Source of the DNA: Phycisphaerae bacterium | GTDB lineage: Bacteria > Planctomycetota > Phycisphaerae > UBA1845 > Fen-1342 | Direction of reading: 5' to 3' | DNA: 64,000 nt | Assembly: GCA_963675745.2 (NCBI GenBank) | Contig: CAXXWX010000013.1 | Location: 64,001-128,000 of the forward strand | Shown: piece after piece, positions 51,601 to 61,692 of the stretch | How positions within the stretch are numbered: the stretch's first letter is position 1 | Layout: each line of letters begins with the position of its first letter | Program-made: the position numbers and the translations under genes | Notes under the pieces: model-generated | Database searches by the model: none | Told to the model about the DNA's origin: nothing | Seen by the model: the letters and a program-made list of their open reading frames with translations, nothing else

Positions 51601-52515
51601 ATGCGCGCGACGAGTGTCTGTGCCACACTGCTTCTGGCGCTGGTGTTGGCGAGCTCGGCTGCTGCCCAGCCGCCGGCCGCGTCCGAGATCGAATTCAAGG
51701 CCCATGACGGGCACGTTATTTCCGCGGACTACTTCGCCCCCAAACCACAGAAGTACGGCGCGCCGATCGTCATTCTGCTGCACATGTACCGGCACGACCG
51801 CACGACATGGCAGCCTCTGATCGGCCCTTTGCACGAGGCGGGCTTTGCGGTGCTCGCGCTGGACATGCGCGGCCATGGTCGCAGCGCCACCCCGGCCACG
51901 CGCGAGCGGGTCATGGCACGCGAAACCAAGCTGTTCGAGGATATGACGCATGACGTGCGCGGCGCCTACGACTGGCTGGCCAAACGCGAAGGTCTGGATC
52001 GATCGCGTTTCGCGCTGGTTGGGGCGAGTGTCGGTTGCAGCGTCGCCCTGCGCTACGCCCGTGAGGATCGCAGCGTCGATGCAGTTGTCTGCATGACGCC
52101 CGGGCTGCGCTACCTGGGCCTCGATTCGAGTTCCGATCTGCGCGCCACCCACGGCCGTCACGTGCTGCTGCTCGCCACGGCGGACGAGCGCGAGGCTTGC
52201 GACAAGCTGGCGCCGTTAATGGACGGAGCAGAAGCGCGCGTCATTGATGACGCCCGCGCGCACGGCACGCAGATGTTTGGCCGCGTGCCCGGCGTGGAGG
52301 CCCTCATTACCGATTTTCTCGCCAAGTCGGTCGGCAAGCCGTCGGCCGAGCAGGTATATGGCAGCATCAGCGGCGATGTCTATCACAAGCCGGACGCCGA
52401 GTGGGTGGATACCATCGAGCCCAGCGACCTGCGTGTGTACTCATCGCCGCAGGAGGCACGGCAGCGCGGCGTGCGCGAGTCAAAGACCAAGGGACCCGAT
52501 CGACCTAACCCATGA
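51601..52515 (+). CDS. Secreted alpha/beta hydrolase with C-terminal Ada-metal-binding-like domain
   Basis: GGAGGG RBS, signal peptide, LDMRGHG, GASVG, AHGT; tail VYGSISGDVYHKPD...SSPQEARQRG. Confidence 0.8.
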   Translation: MRATSVCATLLLALVLASSAAAQPPAASEIEFKAHDGHVISADYFAPKPQKYGAPIVILLHMYRHDRTTWQPLIGPLHEAGFAVLALDMRGHGRSATPATRERVMARETKLFEDMTHDVRGAYDWLAKREGLDRSRFALVGASVGCSVALRYAREDRSVDAVVCMTPGLRYLGLDSSSDLRATHGRHVLLLATADEREACDKLAPLMDGAEARVIDDARAHGTQMFGRVPGVEALITDFLAKSVGKPSAEQVYGSISGDVYHKPDAEWVDTIEPSDLRVYSSPQEARQRGVRESKTKGPDRPNP

Positions 52516-52530
52516 TTGTTGAGGTGACCG

Positions 52531-53988
52531 ATGCAGCGCGTTCTGGGAGCATTAGTGTTGGCCATGCTTTTTCTACCGACTGTCCGCGCCGAAGATAATC
52601 CGTGGCGTGCCAAGGTTGCCGATGCCGTGGCGTGCGCGGAGCGTGAGAAAACCGCCGAGGCGTACATCACCGGTCTCGACACCGCGTATCGCGCTGACGA
52701 CTGGCGCGCCGCGCTGAAGCTGGTCGAGCAGGCCCGTCCGCAATTCGGCGATGACGCACGCATGCAGGCGCGGTTTGCGCGGGCGCTGCGGCGGGGGGGC
52801 CTCTTGCGCGAGTCCGAGGCCCTCGCGGACACGTTTCCAACCGACAGCCGGGACCCGGTGGCGCTCGAGGTCATTATCTATACATGCCTCCAGCGCGGCC
52901 AGACCGAGCGCGCGCTGGCGGCGGCCGAGCAACTCGACAAACTCACACCGCAGACCGCCGAAGGACTCGTGGCCGTGCTGTCGGCGCGGCAGGCGAACAA
53001 TCAGCTCAAGAACCTGTCGGCGATGGTCAAGCGCGTTCTAGAGCTGGTTGACGTTGCGAACGGCTATCCGGAGTCCTACTTCGCCGAGTCGCTGGCCGGT
53101 ACCGACGAGTTCTTCCGCCGCGCCGGAGATGAGCCGCTGAACCAGGTGATCAAGCACGGCAGGGCGCCGATGACCAAGGCGCCGCTGATTGGCTTGCCCT
53201 CTTGCAGGGTCGAGATTAACGGGCACGGCCCGTTTGACATGATCCTCGACACCGGTGGCAGCACCATCATCTCGCTTGATAACGACGCGGCTGAGCAAAT
53301 CGGGCTCGAGCAGTTTGGTGAAGCGACCATTCGCGGTGTCGGCGGCAAGGACACCTCGCAGCAGGCCATCATCGACGACCTCAAGATCGGCAACATCTGT
53401 TGTCGGCGCGTCGGCGCGCGTATCTTCGATGTGCCGGACATGATCGGCGATGGGATAATTGGCACCGGCGTGTTCGGCAATGCGCGCATGACCATGAACT
53501 TCGCCAAGGCCGAATTGACCGTGACGCCTTCGTCTTCCAAATCAGCCCCGGGAGCGGAGCTGCCGCTGCGGATCATTGGCGATTCGAAATTGATGCCGAT
53601 TGTGAGCGTGAACGGGCGTCCCGTTGTGGCGGTGTTCGACAGCGGGGCCGACGGGATGTATCTATCCCCCGAGCTGATGCGCGACCTCTCCGCCGCGGAC
53701 AAGCTGCGCACCATCTCAGGCGACGCTTTGGGGCTGGATGCGGCCGGCGTTGGCTCGGGAGCGGCGCAGACATTTGTCGTTGGCCCGGGCGTCGATGTGG
53801 AGATACCCGGACGCACATATCACAACGCCAGCGGTATCGGCGTGGGTGTGCTGGATGACACGCTCAGCCCGATTCTCGGTGTGCAGAGCGGGGTGCTAAT
53901 CGGCATGTCCGCGTTTCGTGACATGCGATCGGCCACAATCGACTTCCCAACGACGCGTATGTGGGTCGATTGGCTGCCGACAGAGTAG
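52531..53988 (+). CDS. Secreted aspartyl protease with two retropepsin-like domains and helical (TPR-like) N-terminus
   Basis: MILDTGG ... GIIG and AVFDSGA ... VLIG. Confidence 0.82.
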   Translation: MQRVLGALVLAMLFLPTVRAEDNPWRAKVADAVACAEREKTAEAYITGLDTAYRADDWRAALKLVEQARPQFGDDARMQARFARALRRGGLLRESEALADTFPTDSRDPVALEVIIYTCLQRGQTERALAAAEQLDKLTPQTAEGLVAVLSARQANNQLKNLSAMVKRVLELVDVANGYPESYFAESLAGTDEFFRRAGDEPLNQVIKHGRAPMTKAPLIGLPSCRVEINGHGPFDMILDTGGSTIISLDNDAAEQIGLEQFGEATIRGVGGKDTSQQAIIDDLKIGNICCRRVGARIFDVPDMIGDGIIGTGVFGNARMTMNFAKAELTVTPSSSKSAPGAELPLRIIGDSKLMPIVSVNGRPVVAVFDSGADGMYLSPELMRDLSAADKLRTISGDALGLDAAGVGSGAAQTFVVGPGVDVEIPGRTYHNASGIGVGVLDDTLSPILGVQSGVLIGMSAFRDMRSATIDFPTTRMWVDWLPTE

Positions 53989-54000
53989 AAGCGACGGCAT

Positions 54001-54080
54001 TCAGCTATCAGCGGTCAGCGATCAGCTATGGTGGCCGACGAGCACGCCTGGCTGAAAGCTGATAGCTGATCGCTGATAGC
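54001..54080. repeat. Inverted heptamer arrays (TCAGCNN)4 ... (NNGCTGA)4
   Basis: 54001-54028 and 54049-54080, directly 3' of the tRNA. Confidence 0.85.
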
Positions 54081-54087
54081 CACAAAC

Positions 54088-54171
<84 letters not shown>

Positions 54172-54553
54172 GAGACGCTGCCATATTAGCGGTTGCGCGC
54201 AGGGATGTGTAGGAAGGGGGCAGGCACTGGCGAATACGCCAAGCAGGCAGGTTGCCGACAAGGTAGCGTGGCAGCGGCGTGTTCGAACATTGAGGGGGAG
54301 CCACAAATCCCGTGCCGCGTTGACGCCATCGTAATGCCTATTGGAACCGGTTTCGGGCGCCCAAAAGGTAAAGCACTGGCGCCCGTTGCCGGGCCCGCAC
54401 ACTTGACATGCCTCCCCACGCGCGCTAAGCATCATACTGTGCAGATCGGTGATTTGCTCAAGGCGCGGTTGGGCCCGCGCCCGATAGGGTCTCAGGGCCC
54501 GGGCGGGCTCTGCCCGCGTAACGTACTTGTACACATGGGCTTAGGTCTTCCGA

Positions 54554-57286
54554 ATGGTCAATAAGAGCTCTCAGGCCAAGGCACTGGTGATCGTCGAATC
54601 GCCGGCGAAAGCACGTACCATCTCCAAGTATCTGGGTGATGGATTCGTCGTCGAGTCATCGATTGGGCATATTCGCGACCTGCCGTCCAACGCCGCCGAG
54701 ATTCCCGCCGAGCACAAGAACCATAGCTGGGCTCGGCTGGGTGTGAACGTCGATGAGGGCTTCAAGCCGCTGTATATCGTACCCAGCGGAAAGCAATCGC
54801 ATGTCCGCAAGCTGAGGAGCCATCTCAAGAACGCCTCTGAGCTGTTGCTTGCTACCGATGAGGACCGCGAGGGTGAGGCCATCGCCTGGCATCTTACGGA
54901 GGTGCTCAAGCCCAAGTGCCCGGTGCGCCGCATGGTGTTCGACGAGATCACCAAGTCGGCGATCACGCGCGCCATCGACAACACACGCGACATCGACCGC
55001 GATCTGGTCAACGCCCAGGAAACGCGGCGCATACTCGACCGGCTCTTCGGCTACGAAGTCTCGCCCGTTCTCTGGCGGAAGGTCAAGCCGAAATTGTCGG
55101 CGGGACGCGTCCAATCTGTGGCTACCCGTTTGGTCGTTGACCGCGAACGCGCGCGCATGCGTTTTGTGTCCGCCGAGTACTGGGACATTGACGCCCGGCT
55201 CAAAACGCATGGCGAAACAACTGCGGCGCTGAGTGCTCGACTGATCGAGCTTGGCGGCAGACGGATCGCCGCTGGTAAGGACTTCGATAACGAGACGGGC
55301 AAGCTCAAGAACGGCGACAAGGTGGTATGCCTGCTCGGCGAAGAAACTCGGGCGCTGGCAACCGAACTGACGTCGGCGGAATTCGTGGTCGCCGATGTTG
55401 CCGAAAAACCCTTCATCAACCGCCCGTACGCGCCGTTCATTACCTCTACACTCCAGCAGGAGGCCGCTCGCAAGCTGCGCTTCGGCGCCCAACGGACGAT
55501 GCGTCTGGCGCAGAGCCTGTACGAGAATGGTTACATCACGTACATGCGAACCGACTCGACGACGTTGTCCAGCCAGGCCATAAACGCCGCGCGCAAGCAG
55601 GTCTCAGAGCTGTATGGCCAGGAGTATTTGCCCGCGCAACCGCGCGTGTATGCGCGTAAGTCGAAGAATGCCCAGGAAGCCCACGAGGCGATCCGACCCG
55701 CCGGCGAGAGCTTCCGGACACCCAAGAGCGTTGCGGGCGAACTCGACTCCGATGCGCAGAAACTCTACGAGCTGATCTGGAAGCGTACGGTCGCCTCGCA
55801 GATGAAAGATGCGCATGGCAAGCGAACGACGGTGCGCATAGACGCGCCGACTTCGTCACGCGGCACGGCGACGTTTTTGACGTCCGGCAAGGTCATCACG
55901 TTTGCGGGCTTCCTGCGCGCGTACGTCGAGGGATCGGATGACCCACAGGCCGAGCTCGAAGATCAGGAAAAGGTGCTGCCGCCGCTGTCGTCCGGTCAGC
56001 AGCTTGACCCAATGGAAGTCACGCCGCTGGAGCACTTCACTCAGTCGCCGGCGCGCTACACCGAAGCCAGTTTGATCAAGGAGCTGGAGGAGCGCGGCAT
56101 CGGCCGTCCGTCAACCTACGCCACGATCCTCCAGACCATCCAGGATCGCGGGTACGTATGGCGCAAGGGTACGGCCCTCGTGCCGACGTTTACCGCGTTC
56201 GCGGTGGTTAACCTGCTTGAGCGGCATCTGACCGACCTGGTCGATTATGACTTCACCGCCAAGATGGAAGACGGGCTGGACACGATCGCCAGCGGCCAGC
56301 GCGATCCCGGCCCCTGGTTGCATGATTTCTACTTCGGCGACCCGGGCGCGAAGCGTAATGGTGATCACATCGCCGACATCGGCCTGAAGGCCCTGGTTGA
56401 CGGGAGTGGTGAGAGCATCGACGCGCGCGAGGTCTCGCGTATCGACATCGGCAAGACGGAAGATGGCGCGGCGGTCGTGGTTCGCGTCGGGCGCTATGGA
56501 CCGTACGTTCAGATTGGCGACGGTGATCAACGCGCGACAGTGCCTGACGACATCGCGCCCGATGAGGTGAGCGTTTCGCTGGCGCTGGAGTTGCTCGAGC
56601 GCGCTGCCCAGGGTGCCAGGACGCTCGGGGACGATCCCGACACGTCCAAGCCGGTGTACATAAAATCGGGGCGTTTCGGGCCGTACGTGCAGCTCGGCGA
56701 CCCTGAGCTGACGGACAAGGGCACCGTGAAGCGTGGGGGAAAGCCCAAGATGGCCAGCCTGTGGCCGTCGATGTCATCCGAGACGATCACGCTTGAAGAC
56801 GCGCTGATGCTGCTGTCGTTTCCACGCGTGGTGGGTGTACACCCTGAGAGCGGCGAGCAGATAACGGCGCAGGATGGGCGTTTTGGCCCCTATTTGAAGG
56901 CCGGGTCGGACACGCGCAGCCTGAGTAACCACGAACAGCTTGCATCCATCACGCTTCCGGAGGCCGTGGAGCTGTTCAAACAACCGAAGGGTCGCCGTGG
57001 CCGCAGTGCCGCAGCCAGTGTTGTGGCTGAGCTGGGCGCGCACCCGACCAGTTCCGCCCCGATTCAGGTAAAGAGCGGCCGCTACGGCCCATATGTGACT
57101 GATGGTGTCGTAAATGCCACGATACCGAAGGGCCGGGATCCCGCATCGCTGACGCTGGACGAGGGGCTGGAGCTGTTGGCGGCCCGCGAGCAGAAACTCC
57201 GCGACCAGGGCAAGGATCCGCGCGCCCCGAAGAAGAAACGCACCACGCGCGCCAAAAAGCGGACCACCAAGAGCTCCGCGCGGTAA
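54554..57286 (+). CDS. topA: DNA topoisomerase I (type IA) with Topo-C repeats and basic tail
   Basis: LVIVESPAKA, ATDEDREGE, SAGRVQS, ITYMRTDS, AQEAHEAIRP, GIGRPSTYA, four GR[YF]GPY repeats. Confidence 0.97.
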   Translation: MVNKSSQAKALVIVESPAKARTISKYLGDGFVVESSIGHIRDLPSNAAEIPAEHKNHSWARLGVNVDEGFKPLYIVPSGKQSHVRKLRSHLKNASELLLATDEDREGEAIAWHLTEVLKPKCPVRRMVFDEITKSAITRAIDNTRDIDRDLVNAQETRRILDRLFGYEVSPVLWRKVKPKLSAGRVQSVATRLVVDRERARMRFVSAEYWDIDARLKTHGETTAALSARLIELGGRRIAAGKDFDNETGKLKNGDKVVCLLGEETRALATELTSAEFVVADVAEKPFINRPYAPFITSTLQQEAARKLRFGAQRTMRLAQSLYENGYITYMRTDSTTLSSQAINAARKQVSELYGQEYLPAQPRVYARKSKNAQEAHEAIRPAGESFRTPKSVAGELDSDAQKLYELIWKRTVASQMKDAHGKRTTVRIDAPTSSRGTATFLTSGKVITFAGFLRAYVEGSDDPQAELEDQEKVLPPLSSGQQLDPMEVTPLEHFTQSPARYTEASLIKELEERGIGRPSTYATILQTIQDRGYVWRKGTALVPTFTAFAVVNLLERHLTDLVDYDFTAKMEDGLDTIASGQRDPGPWLHDFYFGDPGAKRNGDHIADIGLKALVDGSGESIDAREVSRIDIGKTEDGAAVVVRVGRYGPYVQIGDGDQRATVPDDIAPDEVSVSLALELLERAAQGARTLGDDPDTSKPVYIKSGRFGPYVQLGDPELTDKGTVKRGGKPKMASLWPSMSSETITLEDALMLLSFPRVVGVHPESGEQITAQDGRFGPYLKAGSDTRSLSNHEQLASITLPEAVELFKQPKGRRGRSAAASVVAELGAHPTSSAPIQVKSGRYGPYVTDGVVNATIPKGRDPASLTLDEGLELLAAREQKLRDQGKDPRAPKKKRTTRAKKRTTKSSAR

Positions 57287-57342
57287 CACGTCATTTCCGG
57301 GGGGCCAGCCGGCATTGTCAGGCAGCGACGGCGCCACGTACG

Positions 57343-57372
57343 TTGATCCGCTACGCGGCAGGCTGGTATAAT
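57343..57372 (+). promoter_or_regulatory. Sigma70-type promoter
   Basis: TTGATC-18 bp-TATAAT with extended TG. Confidence 0.6.
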
Positions 57373-57453
57373 GGCTAATAGTGACTGCTAGCTGCTTGTT
57401 TCCGCTTGGAACGACTTGGTGTCGCGCTCTATTGGGGACCAGGAGCGAATGAG

Positions 57454-59037
57454 ATGCGCACCATCGGGGTAGTGATTGCCTCGCTCATTCTAGGGCACGT
57501 GGCGGCCGCGTCGGTCTATCCCGTGGGTCCCGATTGGTTCTCAGCGGATACGCAGTTCAGCACCGGGGCCGCACTGGTTGACATCGACCTGGACGGTTTT
57601 GTCGACCTTGTCGTCGCCAACGGCAACGACATGGCCTCACAGCACGTGGTCGTCTATTACAACCAGGGCGACGGTACGCTGCCCACCCTCCCTGACTGGC
57701 AATCCGCCGATACGTTCTATCACGGTCACCTCGATGTCGCGGATGTCAACGGAGATGGCTGGCCCGACGTGGCCGTGGCGAACCTCGGCAAATCCTCGAC
57801 CGTGTCCAACGCCGCCAAGGTGTACATGAACCAGGCGGGAACGCTCTCGGCGACGCCCGATTGGGTCTCGGACGAGCTGGCCAACGCATTCGGGGTTGCG
57901 TTTGGTGACATGAACAACGATGGCCGACCCGACCTGGCCGTGGCCACCGGCTGGCCATACAGCAACCCGGACACCGATCACAACTACGTACACCTGAATA
58001 TCGGTGGAGCGCTCGAGTCGACGGCCAGTTGGCAAAGTGATGACACGCGCGACTACATGAACGCGCTGTGGGTCGACGCCGATGACGACGGCTGGCTCGA
58101 CCTGCTGCTGCTCGGGGCCAACCACAACAGCTACATCCACCGCAATCTGGGTGGGGTGCTGGAGACCACGGCGAGTTGGCACACTACCGACAACCCGGCG
58201 CAGTTCAGCATCATGGCCGCGGTCGGCGATGTCACAGGTGACGGAAGGCGCGACCTTATCGCAACCGACAACGCCCAGCTTTTTGGCGGTGTCGGCGACC
58301 TGCGCCAGTACGACGGTCAGTCAACGGGGCTGTTCTCGACGTCGCCCAACTGGACCTATTTCAACGACTCACACGACTACGGATCGGCGGTCGCGCTGGC
58401 GGATGTCAACGATGACGGCCTCCTCGATCTGGCCAGCGGCGCCTGGTGGAGTCGCCCACGCATATTCCTGAATGGTGGAACCGGGTTCGGCAGCGATAGT
58501 GACTGGCAGTCGACGCGCTCCACCGTGGTCGAGCGCATCGTGTTCGCGGATGTGAATAATGATGGAATACTGCTGACACGCGATGTCTTCTCGGGGGCAC
58601 AAGCCGCCGGACAACTGTTCCATCTGGCACATCAACCCGTACAGGAAGTCTACCGGGTCTGGCGTGACGATACCGAATTGGGGCCGAGCGAGTACACGAT
58701 TAACCGTGTTGGTGGGTGGATCACTGTCGCGGCGCCGGCCGGCGACGTAGTGGTCGAATACAGCTACTCGCGCAAGCCGGACATGGTCATGACCAACTGG
58801 GACTCCACGGTCGGCAACTTCCTGTATCTCAACCGGAACATCGTGGCTGGTGATATGAATTGCGACGGTTGGGTCAATAGCGGGGACATCGATCTGTTCG
58901 TCATGGCGCTGCTCGACCCGTCGGCATATGAGCTGGCCAACCCTGACTGCGCGCTTGAACTGGCCGACTGTAGCCGCGACGGCTGGGTAAACAACGGGGA
59001 CATCGACGCCTTCCTGGTGTACCTGGTGGGAAGCTGA
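57454..59037 (+). CDS. Secreted FG-GAP repeat protein with inserted beta domain and C-terminal dockerin-like module
   Basis: AGGAG RBS, signal peptide, seven DxxxDG loops, tail GDMNCDGWVNSGDID...ADCSRDGWVNNGDIDAF. Confidence 0.85.
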   Translation: MRTIGVVIASLILGHVAAASVYPVGPDWFSADTQFSTGAALVDIDLDGFVDLVVANGNDMASQHVVVYYNQGDGTLPTLPDWQSADTFYHGHLDVADVNGDGWPDVAVANLGKSSTVSNAAKVYMNQAGTLSATPDWVSDELANAFGVAFGDMNNDGRPDLAVATGWPYSNPDTDHNYVHLNIGGALESTASWQSDDTRDYMNALWVDADDDGWLDLLLLGANHNSYIHRNLGGVLETTASWHTTDNPAQFSIMAAVGDVTGDGRRDLIATDNAQLFGGVGDLRQYDGQSTGLFSTSPNWTYFNDSHDYGSAVALADVNDDGLLDLASGAWWSRPRIFLNGGTGFGSDSDWQSTRSTVVERIVFADVNNDGILLTRDVFSGAQAAGQLFHLAHQPVQEVYRVWRDDTELGPSEYTINRVGGWITVAAPAGDVVVEYSYSRKPDMVMTNWDSTVGNFLYLNRNIVAGDMNCDGWVNSGDIDLFVMALLDPSAYELANPDCALELADCSRDGWVNNGDIDAFLVYLVGS

Positions 59038-59044
59038 CAGCGAG

Positions 59045-59129
59045 GCAGCGGTCAGCTATCAGCCATCAGCACTCAGCCACGGAAACAACAGAGTCGCCCA
59101 GTGCGCGTTCGGTGGTTGTTGCTGACCGC
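59045..59129. repeat. Heptamer array (TCAGCNN)5 with degenerate inverted remnant
   Basis: 59045-59079, then gttgttgctgaccgc at about 59115-59129. Confidence 0.75.
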
Positions 59130-59135
59130 GGTACT

Positions 59136-60026
59136 CTAAATCACGTCCGCGAAAGCGCGTTTGCTCTTCATGAAGAACGCATAGCCGCCGATCGCGATCG
59201 GTATCGACGCCGCCATAAGCACGCCGATCCACACCCAGTCTTCCCAGGTAAGCTGTCCCTCGATCATCACAGCGCGGACGGCCTCGACGGCGTACGTCAG
59301 GGGGTTGGCCAGCAGGGCGTACTGAAACGCCGGCGGCACCATGTTTATCCCGTAAAAGATCGGTGTGACAAAGAACAGTGCCTGGGTCGCCAGCGCCACG
59401 CCGTGCCCGACGTCACGGACAAACACGCCCAGCGACGCCAGGGCCCACGCCACGCCCGCCGTGATCAGGCACACCGGCAGCACGACAACCGGCAGCAACA
59501 GGATGGTCAGCGGCGGCAGGGCCATGCGGATGGCGAACCAGAAGCAAAGCCAGGCCACGTATCCGATCGCCATGTTGAACAGCGCCGAGAGCAACGCGGA
59601 GACCGGGAGAATCTCGAGTGGAAACACCACCTTCTTCACGTAGTTCGGGTTGGCCAGCACCATCGAGGGGGCGCGGTTGGCCACTTCGGAGAAGAGGCTG
59701 AACAGCAGCATGCCGCAGAAGAGATAGAGGGCGAATTCGCCATGGCTGGTGTCGGCCACACCCGCGGCGCCGGCCGTCTTCCACTTGGCTTTGAAAACCA
59801 CGGAGAAAACAAACGTGTAGATCGCCAGCAGTACCAGTGGCGTGATGACCGACCAGATCAGCCCGAGGTTGGTCGCGCGGTAGCGCAGAGCGATGTCACG
59901 CCGAGCGAGTTGCAGCGTCAGTTCGCGGTGGGTCCACAGGTTTTTTGCCATCGCCACGGGGTTAAGAAACGCGCTCATCGGGCGCGCTGCGACGGCCGAG
60001 TAATGTGCCACTATTTCTTCCGCCAT
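59136..60026 (-). CDS. ABC-2 polysaccharide export permease (Wzm/RfbA-like)
   Basis: RRDIALRYRATNLGLIW, NPNYVKKVVFPLE, VFVRDV, FFVTPIFY, KRAFADVI. Confidence 0.9.
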   Translation of the reverse strand: MAEEIVAHYSAVAARPMSAFLNPVAMAKNLWTHRELTLQLARRDIALRYRATNLGLIWSVITPLVLLAIYTFVFSVVFKAKWKTAGAAGVADTSHGEFALYLFCGMLLFSLFSEVANRAPSMVLANPNYVKKVVFPLEILPVSALLSALFNMAIGYVAWLCFWFAIRMALPPLTILLLPVVVLPVCLITAGVAWALASLGVFVRDVGHGVALATQALFFVTPIFYGINMVPPAFQYALLANPLTYAVEAVRAVMIEGQLTWEDWVWIGVLMAASIPIAIGGYAFFMKSKRAFADVI

Positions 60027-60154
60027 GCCAGCCCTCTCGTCGCGTGTGCGCGGTTTTCAGAGCCCGCGCCCCCGTCTGTGTTTCCTGTGCACGATATCTT
60101 CAGAACGTCGAGCGGGAGCGTCAACCCGGCGTCAACCGGTGAGGCCGGCCCAGC

Positions 60155-60493
60155 CTAGCCGTTCGCGGATTTGTCTCCGCGCGCGCCGACGCGCCGCGCA
60201 TAACGTGGCGAAATTTCGACATAGGGCCGGCCCAGCCACTTCTTGATCAGGATCAGCTCACCAAGATCGTTGCCCTCAACAGCGTGGCCGATCCACTGGA
60301 GCACATATCCCAGCACGATCAGCCCGATCGGGCGCCACCACAATCCCCAGAGCGAAGCATCCCAAACCGCTCCGGTTATTTGCACAGCCCCCAGAATCAA
60401 CCCAGCGACAGCCAGGGGAATACCGACCATGTGCAGCCAGAAAGACACCGGATGTTGGTGGCGTTGGCGCCAGTTGTACAAGATGTCAGACAT
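60155..60493 (-). CDS. DUF962/Mpo1-like membrane protein
   Basis: RHQHPVSFWLHMVGIP and LQWIGHAVEGN. Confidence 0.8.
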   Translation of the reverse strand: MSDILYNWRQRHQHPVSFWLHMVGIPLAVAGLILGAVQITGAVWDASLWGLWWRPIGLIVLGYVLQWIGHAVEGNDLGELILIKKWLGRPYVEISPRYARRVGARGDKSANG

Positions 60494-60580
60494 TTCAGTC
60501 GCGAGTCACCGGCATGATTTGCGCGGGTCTGTGCGTTGGTGGTCGTAGCGTCCGATAGACTCCCACAAGGGAGGATACGC

Positions 60581-61201
60581 ATGATCGTAACGCTCGATGG
60601 CGACAAAGTCGAAACGAGTTTTCCAACCGACGCAACGCTCCAGGCCATAATCGACCAGGTACGCGCGGAACAGCCGTCAGATCGGCTGGTTGTCAGTGTG
60701 GCCATTGATGGCCACACGTGCGACGAGGATGAGCTTGGCGCGCAGCTTGGCGCCCCGCTCGACGGTGCAACACAGATCGACCTCGAATCGGCGGACCCGG
60801 TCACGCTTGCCGCCGACGCGTTACGTACGGTGGCGGACAGGCTGGACACCATAGGTGCTCAGCAACCCGATATCGCCCGTCAGATCAACGCCGGCGAGGT
60901 TGCCGCCGCCGTGCCGCGTATCAACGGGTTTGTGCAGACCTGGCAGACGGTGCAGTTGATCATCGAGCAGATCAGCCGATTGACCGGGCGTGACCTGACC
61001 ACGGAGAACTTCGCCGGCCAGCCCATCGGCGAGCACGTGACGGCCCTACTCGACCAGTTACGCAACATTCGCGACGCGCTCGATGCCCAGGACATGGTCA
61101 CCTTGGCGGATCTGATGCACTACGAGGCGCCGACCATCTGTGAAACCTGGCGTGACCTGCTGCGTTATTTCGCGGACGAGCTGAACCCTCAATCCGACTG
61201 A
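60581..61201 (+). CDS. Hypothetical protein
   Basis: GGGAGG RBS; short beta-grasp-like N-terminus and helical C-terminus with DMVTLADLMHYE. Confidence 0.7.
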   Translation: MIVTLDGDKVETSFPTDATLQAIIDQVRAEQPSDRLVVSVAIDGHTCDEDELGAQLGAPLDGATQIDLESADPVTLAADALRTVADRLDTIGAQQPDIARQINAGEVAAAVPRINGFVQTWQTVQLIIEQISRLTGRDLTTENFAGQPIGEHVTALLDQLRNIRDALDAQDMVTLADLMHYEAPTICETWRDLLRYFADELNPQSD

Positions 61202-61357
61202 TTCACCTACCGATCCCGCTTACCCGTCCGAGTACTGCCCGAGTTGGCGGTTATAGGACCTTGGGGGGTTGCAATGGGGCCCGGGCCGCGTCATACTACG
61301 GAACTCACGGTTAACTGTCGCGCGCCCACTTGCGAGAAGGGCCATAGGAAAGCGGTC

Positions 61358-61594
61358 ATGAAGAAGAAGATTCACCCGGAATACGTTGAAGCCAAAGTCA
61401 CCTGCGCCTGCGGAAACGCCTTCGAGACCCGCGCGACCGTGTCGGAAATCAAGGTCGATATCTGCAACGCCTGTCACCCGTTCTACACCGGCAAGCAGAA
61501 GTTCGTTGACACCGCTGGCCGCGTCGAACGTTTCCAGAAGAAATTCGGCGGCAATTACTTCGCCAAAAAGGACGCCGCCGCCGGCGCCAATTAG
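61358..61594 (+). CDS. rpmE: 50S ribosomal protein L31 (Zn-binding type)
   Basis: [32 protein letters not shown]. Confidence 0.97.
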   Translation: MKKKIHPEYVEAKVTCACGNAFETRATVSEIKVDICNACHPFYTGKQKFVDTAGRVERFQKKFGGNYFAKKDAAAGAN

Positions 61595-61692
61595 CTGCGT
61601 GCAGACCGATTTCGCGTGAGGGCTGAGCCGCAGGGCTTGGCCCTTTTCCGTGGCTGTTCCCGGCCAATTCACCCGATTGAGAGACGCTGAGA

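Noticed and set aside
60510..60560. Sigma54/sigma28-like promoter motifs before the hypothetical gene at 60581
   Set aside because: Matches are too degenerate to support in GC-rich DNA.
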